Of a stretch of 64,000 bases of DNA, positions 42,401-49,726 are shown in pieces. Numbering within the stretch: the first letter of the stretch is position 1; every line of letters starts with the position of its first letter. The DNA is taken from NCBI GenBank assembly GCA_964385615.1, contig CAYLPP010000011.1, positions 19,508 through 83,507 of the forward strand, given 5' to 3'. The position numbers and the translations under genes were made by a program. Under the pieces are notes generated by a model. It was not told the DNA's origin, made no database searches, and was given only the letters and a program-made list of their open reading frames with translations. The DNA is from an uncultured bacterium (lineage in GTDB: Bacteria; Omnitrophota; Omnitrophia; Omnitrophales; Aquincolibacteriaceae).

Positions 42401-44821
42401 TCTTTCGGCTTTCGCGATAAAGGAAAACCGGAATGCCGCCTGCGGTTTGTAATACCAATTGAAAAGAGCCATTTTTAATTTGCGGATAACCGCCGATCCA
42501 ATTCTGAACCCCAGATAAACCGCCAGCCAGCTTCCCGGCCCTGTATATAAAACCCGGCTCAGACGCCCCTGGTCCGCAACGAAATGGAAAATAAAATTCC
42601 GGGGCGTATTCCTGTTTTCCTCTGTTCCCTGAACCAGAATTTTGAGACCGTCAGGATGGTTATGAGCCATCCCCTCATAGGCGCGCTGTGCCTCCGGCAC
42701 TTGTTCAGGAAGATCCACCCCCACCAGCACCCGGCTTATATTGGAAAGAAAGAAATGAATAACAATTTGATTGAGCAGAATTAAAACAAAAACGGCGCTG
42801 AGATAAAGAGCGGCAAGTTTCAGACCTTTCCAAGCTCTTGCCCGAAAATTTTCCGGAGATTCCGGCAATAACTTAACCTTCTTGACGGCTTCTTCTCTAT
42901 CGGAACCGGCAGCGCGGACTTCGGAACGCGCTCTGCGCGCGGGCACTTCTTGATTCATCCAGGCCGAAAGCTGAAGCACGGCGGGACCGCCCGTTTCCGT
43001 CACAATGTTGACGGGTTTTAAAAGGGCCGCAATGTTTGATTCCGTGAGTTTTCCGGAAGACTCAAGTCCCCGCAGGCCTTCCAGAAACCGGCTGATTTTT
43101 TCCTGCCAGGGATACCTGGAAATTTTCTTTTCTTCCGGCTTCAGAACTTCGTCTAGAAACCGGGTATAACTCCACGCTTCCGAAACTCTTTCTTGAGCGA
43201 TCAGATCACGGATCAGCTGATCGCGCCATTCTTTCAGATCCCCCGACTCGAGAAGCCGGTCACGGACAGAACGGATGAACGCGGGATAAAGAAAAATACG
43301 CCCATTTTCCGGATGAAAGTAATTTTTCCAGGAAACCTCACGGTTCATCTGCGCGAGATAGGCTGCCTGACCGGATAAGTCATGGATTTCAGGAGTGACG
43401 AGCAGGTAGGAAATGCCGGCCTGGCGGAAAAGACGCATTAATTCCTGAGAGTGAAAACCTCCGGCAATCATCATAATTTCCGGATGCTGATCCGTCATGA
43501 GCCGTTGAATCTTCTCAAAAAAGACGCCGTCTCTTTTTTCCGCATTCCGGTAAAATTCGGAAAAGACACGAAGGCTTCCTGCAAGAGCAGGTAGATTCCG
43601 GGCTTTAAGCTGGATCCATTCATCCCGGCTCAACTCCAGCTTGGCCAGTTTTTCGCAGAGGCGTAAACCCCGGCTTTTGCGGTCCGCTTCTTTTTCTTCC
43701 GGAGTTTTTAAAAGCCGCCTTTTAACGGTGTTTGAATAAATTTTAAACTCTCTGAAAAAATCCGTTCCTTCAATCGCCTGAATTTTTCGGTGGTTGCGCA
43801 AGGATTCCCGCAATTCCGGAGAAAACCGGGCATGATAAGTTTCCAGAAAAACCGCGAATTCGACTGCTGAAAGGCGGGAGGTTTGAAAGGCCTGATATTT
43901 GTCATGAAAAACGGCGGGCGCGGGTCCGGATTTCAAAATCCTTTCGGCTTCAGATTTAACTTCAGCCTGAATCTGAACGGAGTCTTTCTCATCACGCCTG
44001 ATTTCTTTCAGAACAGACGCCAGAGCCGAATCCGGACGCGGTTCATTTTCCTGAGCGAGCAGGAGCATCACCCGCGAGAAATCCGTTTCTCCTTTTTCAA
44101 ATTCAGTCAGCGCCCGGTCCACCGCCAGAAGGCGCGGAGAAAAAACGGTTTGTTTCTGTTTATTGAGGCGGGTTTGTAATTTATAAATCCGGGGAAGAAT
44201 TTCCTTCTGCCGTTCAAGCGCCTGCCGGTAAAGATCTAAGCCTTCCTGATACAGGCTCCAGTCCTCCACGCCAATAAATTCACCGGGAGATTTATTTAAG
44301 ATAGCCGCCGCCGCGGCTCCGGACAGCTCCCCTTTTTCAGTGTAACTTTCAAGCGCCTTCTCCAACGCACTGTGGTCCGGGAAACTTCTTAGAATTCCCG
44401 CGTCCAGTTTTTCGGAAGCCCCTTCCACCGCCGTTGTCCGGATTTGGTATTCGGTCTGAAAGTAATCGATTATTTTTTGGATATTGCGCTGACCATCCGC
44501 GATCGCGTGAGCGTCCTGAACTAAAACAACCGCCCGCCCGTTTTTTTCACCTCGGAAAAATTCCTGAATCTTCCCGGTTTCATTGGGTAATTCAATTTCA
44601 GAAAGGGTTTTAAAAAGATTTTTCTTCGCGGGTAAAAAATTTTTCTCTTCCGCACACACCCGGGGCGGAACTGGCGGAGTCAAAATAAAAACGACCGCAA
44701 GAAAAGCGGAAATCAGTTTAAAGTAAAACTTGAGGTATCTGCTTGTCATGTAATTGGTTAGACCACAAGAATACCCTATAGCCATCCTGGAGGCAAAAGG
44801 TTGCTTATAGTGATATAGCAA
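33482..44821 (-). CDS. Giant (~3,750 aa) multidomain membrane-anchored protein of unknown function: signal peptide, helical N-terminal region, 4-TM bundle, CBM48/E-set-like module, embedded class-I SAM methyltransferase domain, HExxH motif, ten RSE[VLA]R motifs
   Basis: Uninterrupted 11,340-nt ORF on the minus strand; only short ORFs on the opposite strand. The more likely start is MTSRYLKFYFKLISAFLAVVFIL (ATG at 44749), giving a signal peptide with a VCA|EE cleavage-like site. Internal motifs read directly: VLDLGAGD...DAVISMYALDY (MTase motifs I and post-I), YVRGDFNGWASPGF...YKYYVVFKDG (CBM48-like), AHERYH. Codon usage and GC match the flanking genes. Confidence 0.85.
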   Translation of the reverse strand: MLYHYKQPFASRMAIGYSCGLTNYMTSRYLKFYFKLISAFLAVVFILTPPVPPRVCAEEKNFLPAKKNLFKTLSEIELPNETGKIQEFFRGEKNGRAVVLVQDAHAIADGQRNIQKIIDYFQTEYQIRTTAVEGASEKLDAGILRSFPDHSALEKALESYTEKGELSGAAAAAILNKSPGEFIGVEDWSLYQEGLDLYRQALERQKEILPRIYKLQTRLNKQKQTVFSPRLLAVDRALTEFEKGETDFSRVMLLLAQENEPRPDSALASVLKEIRRDEKDSVQIQAEVKSEAERILKSGPAPAVFHDKYQAFQTSRLSAVEFAVFLETYHARFSPELRESLRNHRKIQAIEGTDFFREFKIYSNTVKRRLLKTPEEKEADRKSRGLRLCEKLAKLELSRDEWIQLKARNLPALAGSLRVFSEFYRNAEKRDGVFFEKIQRLMTDQHPEIMMIAGGFHSQELMRLFRQAGISYLLVTPEIHDLSGQAAYLAQMNREVSWKNYFHPENGRIFLYPAFIRSVRDRLLESGDLKEWRDQLIRDLIAQERVSEAWSYTRFLDEVLKPEEKKISRYPWQEKISRFLEGLRGLESSGKLTESNIAALLKPVNIVTETGGPAVLQLSAWMNQEVPARRARSEVRAAGSDREEAVKKVKLLPESPENFRARAWKGLKLAALYLSAVFVLILLNQIVIHFFLSNISRVLVGVDLPEQVPEAQRAYEGMAHNHPDGLKILVQGTEENRNTPRNFIFHFVADQGRLSRVLYTGPGSWLAVYLGFRIGSAVIRKLKMALFNWYYKPQAAFRFSFIAKAERIFQRIFTAGLLIYFSGVLMNVVDAFLFHGVADYIPLTNHYLVSPGDLLIWGGLGLMGLSVTVVLLVTIFETFQYRSPETSGNFETHGRSELRSETELTEDETPADPETLEGNIKEILRRMALWNSLLGGEFSIFVPPVEVFGQSAAEAVSSLEALRASGHLFDRSPVKVKSRSSGVSTEWTFVVWVKRRFKQQVTEYLKKSNPTADQVGRMELLLERIASVPEARSEVRAETSPVEKEEDLRRALELYPLMSAQIKTYGLYHLIETGTYAWSPARDIFGLDIEDEYELTIQGVPGEEAEWGECTVGSCVSARVLNAHGIKASVHRIKIPNRFSFRPVETGDLLDVSSWETLEDRLRGLPRSPSPVDYEMELQHAVARTEKGTIVDASGYYRTYAPEQIPIWPEDIHPASKAVRSGYRIESYRKKDFTVNSMGFPLSKNEPGVWPPTVAYQPLKQRNLPEKDGRQLTVTTQVGVSSLGHQFIFSLAGLYRIFDPATQAVLTPQSFFIFWTVPMEQFPVEKRAQIQSLLASGDTEEMLRFFLNPANGAQVLINDNVNVSDGSLPAEWDRLPEILKAVREDTPYFLTFISKVPKPPYKPASAFIFEPRPPIQNEEISAVYVRGDFNGWASPGFPMTFEDGVWRASIPVKAVDGGYKYYVVFKDGSDRWVSYQNDIFNPMVNKGTSDNHRLFSYGNSLKEHLFKNVEPGKLKKTAGELTNLILDFQDKGFTLYGLAAGSTEGLNPEAFSVEFGQLILVNREGVKKINEPGFKGYDPAFLKEVVLSLIRREDTELPYDTNEIDEGIREALSARGRSELRAVTFPKSIGTVEIKSWMEQNGVFPDSTALAGFYRLVNRLEPVRDNEVPDPRTALLLRQLKNSWVSREVAAQNGRTDINTARPLARGLDAASFMRVIAPNIQGPGMSNDELSVQYWKMHWETLDASQTERQGSWGNHYPTALLEFLYQRLDRLLPARAGEKPKVLDLGAGDLYVTRKLAERRRDLDLTALDPVVPKEPVQGITFKQASAENTGFADHSMDAVISMYALDYTDKERSVEELKRIMKSGKAVLQLHHPQSQVTVNDRSALMLDYRMLDIYHELISMVHAGSFQGLAGVRRKMAALPRDPYALGGQEKYIEHVERMIALLQTPAAGQAIGAIYGDTLRIYLDIYNLEKFLAGLFTTADEVKAFFRRHGLAAEVTVFYDSKGAPIAYGVVLGGETQSESEAVPESLFPAISDKEAGLLRWVYELNNLSLSEILRLRVPENDLRNLKTILQENLKMVQTDPELAHRRAGARDFLEEMFAGYLADLESLIAKQKPQSPQAVDLKSFSPQAEAARELAKKMRGLISRGISDQEDDLIDWSTISEKLLKIAALPLDQGQIKAGAADLLKKGKRVVPQKRDLLVAKLTSILYKAKQESARSEVRAVPAHFDLEVNKAAAVILTFIKKLPETYVRQNRIFSSNQNEVETITLKNFVRTYWDEITEILGDTPSLWPAQLKNFGQENSPTERFLRLLVPAWQSMGRFGRYSGSEALREPDYLGDFRRETRLRAPGKRKERQAFRAFVGGPGFFQEPIEVLSALERFKGIEAKVLVAGLGGQASLMEKFMANEIYYDPQDIREARLSGIPTAKYFDKTPRGYRLKPEKHALFQLAVLNFNQRESVQALGLEKLHPDFIFFRQVFQYLEESSRGFLMDTFLKALDDNGILYSSFPAMHFPFSMTRPPGTPSLRLERQWMEGVIYPSGDGTKPELASAKYHKKGYVIPGREKWGNNPYKNREKEARLREEFSILAQTLKAYSGKLPEEIKSAEDIDEIAGWNIGEYIDGFDILRGALQAVTVTPEFRTWLTGRPQEEQYFFYKQGTLYGFYDLADVPDWAVSRMDQESFFTTPRSEVRDLLVKPWVDMIAKAEKNITGLEKLWNQTFSEESPERAAELRRIYGTADKNELFAYWRGRFEKMKQVKTKEDLIRFVEEENKLFAAEPDANLREAIAKIDAAGELAVPDRTFYFRMPGDRDPENLSVLPVSATGYWIDPILKALELSETPFGFMQQIKLPEGEILTFVHLWIREDFETLNMARTYAHERYHIEQADGFAEALGEITQNGLLWILREGTTEYLATDFIRRHFGVLLPFKNQFFINEIFSKIGAQAGRDAVYRFHTSGNPEFLRQGGFDPDRLRLFQEYTNGLEPIRRQVNLLHLMKAFKPHMNLVNDFFDGTRDANDALHALKKAVPVWGRSEARVENVSFRLFSELGPDEIRGPVDWLLRRMWSDELYTRWNGKKEDALILFRKDFPEGFEVTDEQRFRGFPLAAYAYQVNSGSNRAFGNGIYVFDAGAGEDLRRKKYGSILRDELFTRLKLKVQYLVIGSSSLGGIHKDIGAQNFQRRMLQENPRAVTRIAFYPSDEGPVYEPTAIYTISSPEELENALLRHSAQKIRMIEVNLDNYQPASRSEVRAKKISEKQQLLNEIDAAEQLLNDSTLGSQDKFFIRDYLAQARVFLRANKKRQAAGPVHEAFAAHPQSSIQSIQKSRVAFEALDKRFKKFIPRKKTGPNPKTDKPARSEVRLPGIRSYSGALRIARQAPVRKFSEAFPEDFRTGFYYRGVYGKEVLEDWINSGKVKNIGRAPTRWTADLSEAHLHTYTDSPYGENYLSKTLGVLLEIPEAVMRKYRKSTDINWHDLKQFPLSEVSRVWLVYADTEKDLKEDKARIIQVEIRPQSSKADTPRSELRLAAENLVNAFRTNSPGSLDIPGIVRAAAGNLDAFIPEVQAAVESEALKEDAEILKAGMEYAEAIRAVDKPVYVRYQISEQDLAQLGGKAEEALRALLQAAHDAVSINKNIVIQVKVPQRVRDLLKVADHNKRDILEIEKAGGSVSFYHQSMQGRLDQSPDLVIGSVPENIRMLLSDRYGDGQELDYGAKDGENLPARVLTAGLVALSKKTVDFLAQVDGREDRERVKSAEALSAMAAAIQELSRYRMQALRTAASA

Positions 44822-44844
44822 CGGCTAGCAATAGATAGTTCGGA

Positions 44845-45780
44845 TTAAATCCCGGAAACAGTCAGAATTTCGAGGACCTGCTTAATTCCTGCGGTTAAAT
44901 CCCCTTGGTAGGAAAACCCTTCCTTTTCAAGCCTCAAGGGAGAAACCCCGTAAGAAAAATCATTCATGGCGGGAGAATCCACTTCCTGAATTTCAAGTGA
45001 AGTGACATTTTTTTTGAGAGCGCTTAAAATCTGCCGTACTGTTGCATTCAAAGTCACCGCGTTGTAAACCTGTCCGTCAAAAAGCCTCTTCGCCGTCAAA
45101 AATAAAATCACTTCAACCGCGTCGGTCAAATCCAGATAAGCGCGGGTTTGATCCAGCGCGGTCCGCCAAACCGTCACAGGCTTATGCTCCGCCGCTTGTT
45201 TGCAGAATTTATTAACCGCGGTATTAAAACGCATTCCGGGCGAAGGGCCGAAAACCGTCCCAAAACGGGCGATTGAAAACCGGAGTTTTTTAAAAATTTC
45301 AGAGCGAAGCAGGTTTTCCGCTTTAAGTTTGGAGTCCGCGTACGGACTCTGAGGAATGAGTTCCTCCGGGGGACCGTCTTCAAAAGCCGTTCCGTTTTCT
45401 TTTCCGTAAACGCTCGTGGTGGACGGAAAAAAAAGCGCGGCGCCGGATTCAAGACAGGCTTCAGCAACACGCGCAGTTCCCAAAATATTAACACGCTCCG
45501 TTTCTTCCGGATTTTTAAAGCTTTCGGCGGGGTCGCTGAGCGCGGCCAGATGAATCACAGTGTCTGCCCCTTTAAAAAAAGGCCCCAGATCCAAATCCAG
45601 AATATCGCCTTCCGTGAAAAAATACCGGCCTTCCTTCGGCAGATTTTCCAAAGAGGCGCGATGCCCGGAGGGATCACGGTCAATCATCACAATTTCACAG
45701 CCGGGAAACCGGGCTGGAATTTCACGGATCAGCCTGGAACCGATATACCCCAGAGCCCCCGTCACAACGATCTTTTTCAT
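44845..45780 (-). CDS. NAD-dependent epimerase/dehydratase (extended SDR, UDP-sugar 4-epimerase-like)
   Basis: 311 aa. N-terminal VVTGALGYIGSRL glycine-rich NAD motif, YxxxK region. Confidence 0.75.
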   Translation of the reverse strand: MKKIVVTGALGYIGSRLIREIPARFPGCEIVMIDRDPSGHRASLENLPKEGRYFFTEGDILDLDLGPFFKGADTVIHLAALSDPAESFKNPEETERVNILGTARVAEACLESGAALFFPSTTSVYGKENGTAFEDGPPEELIPQSPYADSKLKAENLLRSEIFKKLRFSIARFGTVFGPSPGMRFNTAVNKFCKQAAEHKPVTVWRTALDQTRAYLDLTDAVEVILFLTAKRLFDGQVYNAVTLNATVRQILSALKKNVTSLEIQEVDSPAMNDFSYGVSPLRLEKEGFSYQGDLTAGIKQVLEILTVSGI

Positions 45781-46754
45781 TTCTTAGCCCCGGCTCCGCT
45801 CACAGGTAAATCCATTACATAAAGGGTTTTTCGAAGACCAGATTCCAGATCATACTCCGGCTTCCAGCCCGTCAAACCGCGAAGTTTCTCAGATGTAAAC
45901 ACGGCGTCTTCCACTTCAATTTTTCGCCTCTGATCGGGCCACTGGGTGAATTCCACCCGCCCTTTTCCAATAACACGGACTACCGTCTGTGCGATTTCGC
46001 GGACTGAAAAATGCCAGGGGCCGGTGGCCAGAAACACGCCTCCGCGTAACGCTTCGTGCCCGGCTGAGCGCAAAAGAATCTCCGCGGCATCTTCAGCGTA
46101 GAGGACATTACGAAGTTGGTTCCCCGTCCCAAAAATCTTTAGAGGCTGATCTTGAACCGCTAAACCAATGAAGTAATTGATAAAACCAAAATCGGGGCTC
46201 GTTTTTCCGTAGGGTCCGTACAAATTCGCGAAACGCAGAGTGACCGTATCCAGCCCATACAGACTGGAATAAATCCGGTAATATTTTTCCGCCGCGCCTT
46301 TGTTAGCCGAATAAATGCCCGCGGGTTTTTCCGGATGCTCTTCATCCGCTTCTCCAAACACTTTTCCGGCAGCGGTCGTCGTTGAAGCATAAACCACGGA
46401 CGCGCGCGGATTAAAAAGACGCACCGCTTCGAGCAGTTTCAAACTGCCGAGAACATTGATCTCAGCGCAGTGAAGCGGATCTTGAATCGACAGCGTGTGC
46501 GAAGACTGAGCCGCGAGATTAAAAATCACGTCATGCCCTGGAACCATTTCCGCGAGCAGTTTTTCATCACGGATATCTCCCCTTACAAAACGGATCGCGT
46601 CACTGACTTCCTCAAGGGATTGCATTGAAGACATAAAACGGGGATCGAGAGAATCCAGAACGGTCACTTCCACCCCCGGCTCAGCAAGACAGCGGCGGAC
46701 CAGATGCGCACCCAGGAAACCGGCTCCTCCTAAAATCAAAACTTTGGATGCCAT
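45777..46754 (-). CDS. NAD-dependent epimerase/dehydratase (NDP-sugar 4,6-dehydratase/decarboxylase-like)
   Basis: 325 aa with LILGGAGFLGAHLV motif and a YSANKGAAE catalytic YxxxK. 4-nt overlap with the downstream gene. Confidence 0.75.
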   Translation of the reverse strand: MASKVLILGGAGFLGAHLVRRCLAEPGVEVTVLDSLDPRFMSSMQSLEEVSDAIRFVRGDIRDEKLLAEMVPGHDVIFNLAAQSSHTLSIQDPLHCAEINVLGSLKLLEAVRLFNPRASVVYASTTTAAGKVFGEADEEHPEKPAGIYSANKGAAEKYYRIYSSLYGLDTVTLRFANLYGPYGKTSPDFGFINYFIGLAVQDQPLKIFGTGNQLRNVLYAEDAAEILLRSAGHEALRGGVFLATGPWHFSVREIAQTVVRVIGKGRVEFTQWPDQRRKIEVEDAVFTSEKLRGLTGWKPEYDLESGLRKTLYVMDLPVSGAGAKK

Positions 46755-46756
46755 AT

Positions 46757-47752
46757 CTAAAAACTCCTTTCCACGCCTTCTCGAAAACCCGTCAAAGGTT
46801 TCCAGCCGGTTTTTTCCGAGAAATTTCCGAAATCAGCAACGAAGTTCCGCGCGTCAATCTGGGGCCGGCCAGGAGGAGGCTCCACAAATTCAACCGAAAC
46901 GGATTTTCCGGTGCGGATTTCCGCGCATTCCCGGATCATTTGAAAAGCATCGCGGATCATTTGCCCCTGCCCGCTTCCAATCATGAAATGCTTTCCCGCG
47001 AGCTCGTCCGCGTGAACACCCGCGAGCAAAAAAGCTCTAACCGCGTCTGTGATAAATAAATAGTCCCGGATCTGTCTTCCTTCACCATAAACCGTGAGCG
47101 CCTGCCCAGCCAGCGCCCGGCGGATCATTTGATTGAGAACGCCGCGGTCCACGCTTGAAACCTGCCGGCCAGGGCCGTAAACATTGGCGAGCCGGAGGCA
47201 AACTCCGGGAGCGCCTGTTTGCCGTGAATAGTTTTTTAACTCGTCTTCCGCGGTCTGTTTGTGGCGGTCATAAACAGTCAGCGGGTTTGAAGGCGCGGAT
47301 TCATCCGCCGGAAGTTTTTCGGGAATTCCAGCCTGAGTCACCGTTCCGGAAAAAATCACAGCCGGTTTCAGGTTTTTCCGCCGGCAGACTTCAAGCATCA
47401 CGGTAAGAGGCCGGACATTGGCCTGAAAATCCCGGTCAGGATGCGTTTCGGCTTCCGCCGCGCTGGTTTGACCGGCGAAGTGAAAAACAAAGTCCGTTCC
47501 CGGAAGCACGCGCTCCCAGAATTTTCCGTCATCATAAACAGCTTTTTCAAAAATAAATTCCGCCCGGCCTTTGGCTTTTGGAAATATTCCGCTTCGGCTC
47601 AGGCAGATCAGACGGCAGGAAATACCGCTTAAAATGTCAATCAGTGCCGACCCCAGGAAACCGCTGGAACCTGTTACCGCCACCCGTTTCCCTTGATAAA
47701 AATTTTTAACTTTTTCAAACTCTTCCGGTGTCAGGATTTTTTCATCCATCAT
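46757..47752 (-). CDS. NAD-dependent epimerase/dehydratase
   Basis: 331 aa with VAVTGSSGFLGSAL motif and YDRHKQTAE (YxxxK). Confidence 0.7.
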   Translation of the reverse strand: MMDEKILTPEEFEKVKNFYQGKRVAVTGSSGFLGSALIDILSGISCRLICLSRSGIFPKAKGRAEFIFEKAVYDDGKFWERVLPGTDFVFHFAGQTSAAEAETHPDRDFQANVRPLTVMLEVCRRKNLKPAVIFSGTVTQAGIPEKLPADESAPSNPLTVYDRHKQTAEDELKNYSRQTGAPGVCLRLANVYGPGRQVSSVDRGVLNQMIRRALAGQALTVYGEGRQIRDYLFITDAVRAFLLAGVHADELAGKHFMIGSGQGQMIRDAFQMIRECAEIRTGKSVSVEFVEPPPGRPQIDARNFVADFGNFSEKTGWKPLTGFREGVERSF

Positions 47753-48993
47753 GACTGGCCGGCTCCCAAAATCTGCACCTCAGGAACAAAAAGAATCCAC
47801 TGCCCGCCTCCGCGGGAAAATTCGGCTTCCTTGGCGAAAATTTCCTGCCGGTGATTCCAGGCGAACAGAAGCGCGTAATCCGGATTATTTTTCTTAAAAT
47901 CTTCATAAGGCACTACGGGAATATGCGCTCCCGGACTTAGTTTTCCCTGCTTGGCAGGCGTTGTATCGCAAATTGATTCGAGCAGGCCGGGCGTAATTCC
48001 GCAATAATTAAGAACGGTCGTGCTTTTGGAAGTAGCCGCGTAGCCCATTACCCGTTTTCCCTTTTTTTTGAGATCTTCCAAAAGATTTTTTAAAGCGTCT
48101 CTCGACTCCTCAACCCGCCGGCGGAACTGGTGAAAGGTTTCCGCCTTATCCAGACCTCTTTGCGTTTCAACGGCCAGCGCCTCGTCAACCCGCGGGGAAA
48201 CCGGCTTACTGCCTTTGAAATTGACGGTAAACCGCATGGAGCCCCCATGAACCGGAACCGGCTCCAGATCACTGACTTCCATTCCATGCCTGCGGGCCAG
48301 CCCCATAACCGCTCGAACCGAAAAGAGAAAGACGTGCTCGTCATAAATCTGATCATAAGCCGTGCCGGATAGCACGTCTCCGAGGTAAGGATCCTCAAAA
48401 ATAAAAACTCCGGCCGGCTTAAGCAGACGGGAAACCCCTTCAAACACAGAATGAAGGTTCGGCATATGGCACATAACATTGGCGGCAAAAATCACATCCG
48501 CCCTGCCGTCCTGCCCCGCAAGGTCACTTGCCGATCCAGCATCAAAAAAAGACGGCACCGTCTGAACCCCTTGTGCCCGGGCGATTTCAGCCGGCCCGCC
48601 GGCAGGCTCAAAACCGGCGTGCCTGACGCCGTGACGGGTGAAGTGAGAAAGAAAGGTTCCGTCGTTGCTCCCAATCTCAACGATGAAAGGATCGGACGAA
48701 GGCGGGTATTTCGCGAGAATCTTCAAAGCCTGTTTTTCAAAATGGTTTTTCATGAACTGCGAGGACCCGGTAAAAAAAGGATACTCCGCGTGAAACATTT
48801 TTTCACAGGCCGGCTGTTCCAAAAGCTGAACCATCCCGCAATCCAGGCAAAACGCGGCGGCCAGGTCAAAAAAAGACTCCTGCCCCAGCTCTTCAGGCCT
48901 TAGAAAAGCATTCGCCAACGGCATTTTCCCTAGATCCAGGAAACGGTCGAGCGTACTTTCGCAAATCCGGCAGCGTGTGACCATATCAGTCAA
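47749..48993 (-). CDS. NDP-hexose C-methyltransferase-like enzyme (N-terminal Cys4 zinc-ribbon + class I SAM MTase + C-terminal C-MT domain)
   Basis: 414 aa. The N-terminus CRICESTL...CLDCGMVQL is the putative zinc-binding domain characteristic of TylC3-type sugar C-methyltransferases. MTase motif I VEIGSNDG. Confidence 0.65.
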   Translation of the reverse strand: MTDMVTRCRICESTLDRFLDLGKMPLANAFLRPEELGQESFFDLAAAFCLDCGMVQLLEQPACEKMFHAEYPFFTGSSQFMKNHFEKQALKILAKYPPSSDPFIVEIGSNDGTFLSHFTRHGVRHAGFEPAGGPAEIARAQGVQTVPSFFDAGSASDLAGQDGRADVIFAANVMCHMPNLHSVFEGVSRLLKPAGVFIFEDPYLGDVLSGTAYDQIYDEHVFLFSVRAVMGLARRHGMEVSDLEPVPVHGGSMRFTVNFKGSKPVSPRVDEALAVETQRGLDKAETFHQFRRRVEESRDALKNLLEDLKKKGKRVMGYAATSKSTTVLNYCGITPGLLESICDTTPAKQGKLSPGAHIPVVPYEDFKKNNPDYALLFAWNHRQEIFAKEAEFSRGGGQWILFVPEVQILGAGQS

Positions 48994-49726
48994 ACCGGAT
49001 TAAAAGACTGGGGCGGTTAGCATAAATCGAAACGCTTTGATCGATTATTTCCGCGTTGAGGTCCATTTTCTGTATCCATGCCTGAATCTGCTCGCGCGTA
49101 AATAAATGGGCTTTGAACTTTTTTGAAGAATTCCGGTAGCCATCGGCCCCAAAAAGCAGGCTCCAGGCGGTCTGAATGAATACCGTGAAATACTTTTCTT
49201 TTACGGCAAACGCGATGGAATCCATGACATCACGAAAAAATCCGGCTGCATTTCTTTTCATCGGCAAATCCGCAATCAGCATCCGGGCTCCGGGCAAAGC
49301 GGACTGGCGGGCAGAACGGATTAAAGCCTCCACATCTTCCAGCGTTTCATAATATTGAACCACGCTGACGCAAAGAAACACTGAGAAGCGCCCTAAACCG
49401 CTGAGGTCTGTGTAATTCCGGCTTAAAAGCGAAGTCCGGACGTTCGTCAAGGCTGAACACCTTGAAGCGCAAAGAGAAACCAGGTTTTCCGAAGTATCCG
49501 CGGCACAGATTCCTGAAACAAGGGGGGCAAGCAACTGCTCCAAATGACCGGGACCGCAGCCGATGTTCAGGACAGAATCGGTTTTTAAAAATCTAACGAC
49601 GGGTTCCGCTCGGCGTAAAAAAATCTCCGCGTTTTTCTCCCAGATTTTATTCCCGGTCCAGAAACGGTCGCGATTCCAATAATCGATCCAGGAATTGCGG
49701 GAGGTATCCGGCGAAGCTCCCGTCAT
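48986..49726 (-). CDS. Class I SAM-dependent methyltransferase
   Basis: 246 aa; motif I VLNIGCGPGHL. Overlaps the neighbouring genes at both ends (operon). Confidence 0.55.
   Translation of the reverse strand: MTGASPDTSRNSWIDYWNRDRFWTGNKIWEKNAEIFLRRAEPVVRFLKTDSVLNIGCGPGHLEQLLAPLVSGICAADTSENLVSLCASRCSALTNVRTSLLSRNYTDLSGLGRFSVFLCVSVVQYYETLEDVEALIRSARQSALPGARMLIADLPMKRNAAGFFRDVMDSIAFAVKEKYFTVFIQTAWSLLFGADGYRNSSKKFKAHLFTREQIQAWIQKMDLNAEIIDQSVSIYANRPSLLIRFD

Noticed and set aside
33482-44821. Whether the RSEVR motif reflects a DNA-level repeat such as a REP element or palindrome (GCGCG...CGCGC)
   Set aside because: Two copies are near-identical at the DNA level and their ends are palindromic, but the other eight use different synonymous codons while keeping the peptide. 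All copies are in frame within one ORF. Conservation is therefore at the protein level, not a dispersed DNA repeat.
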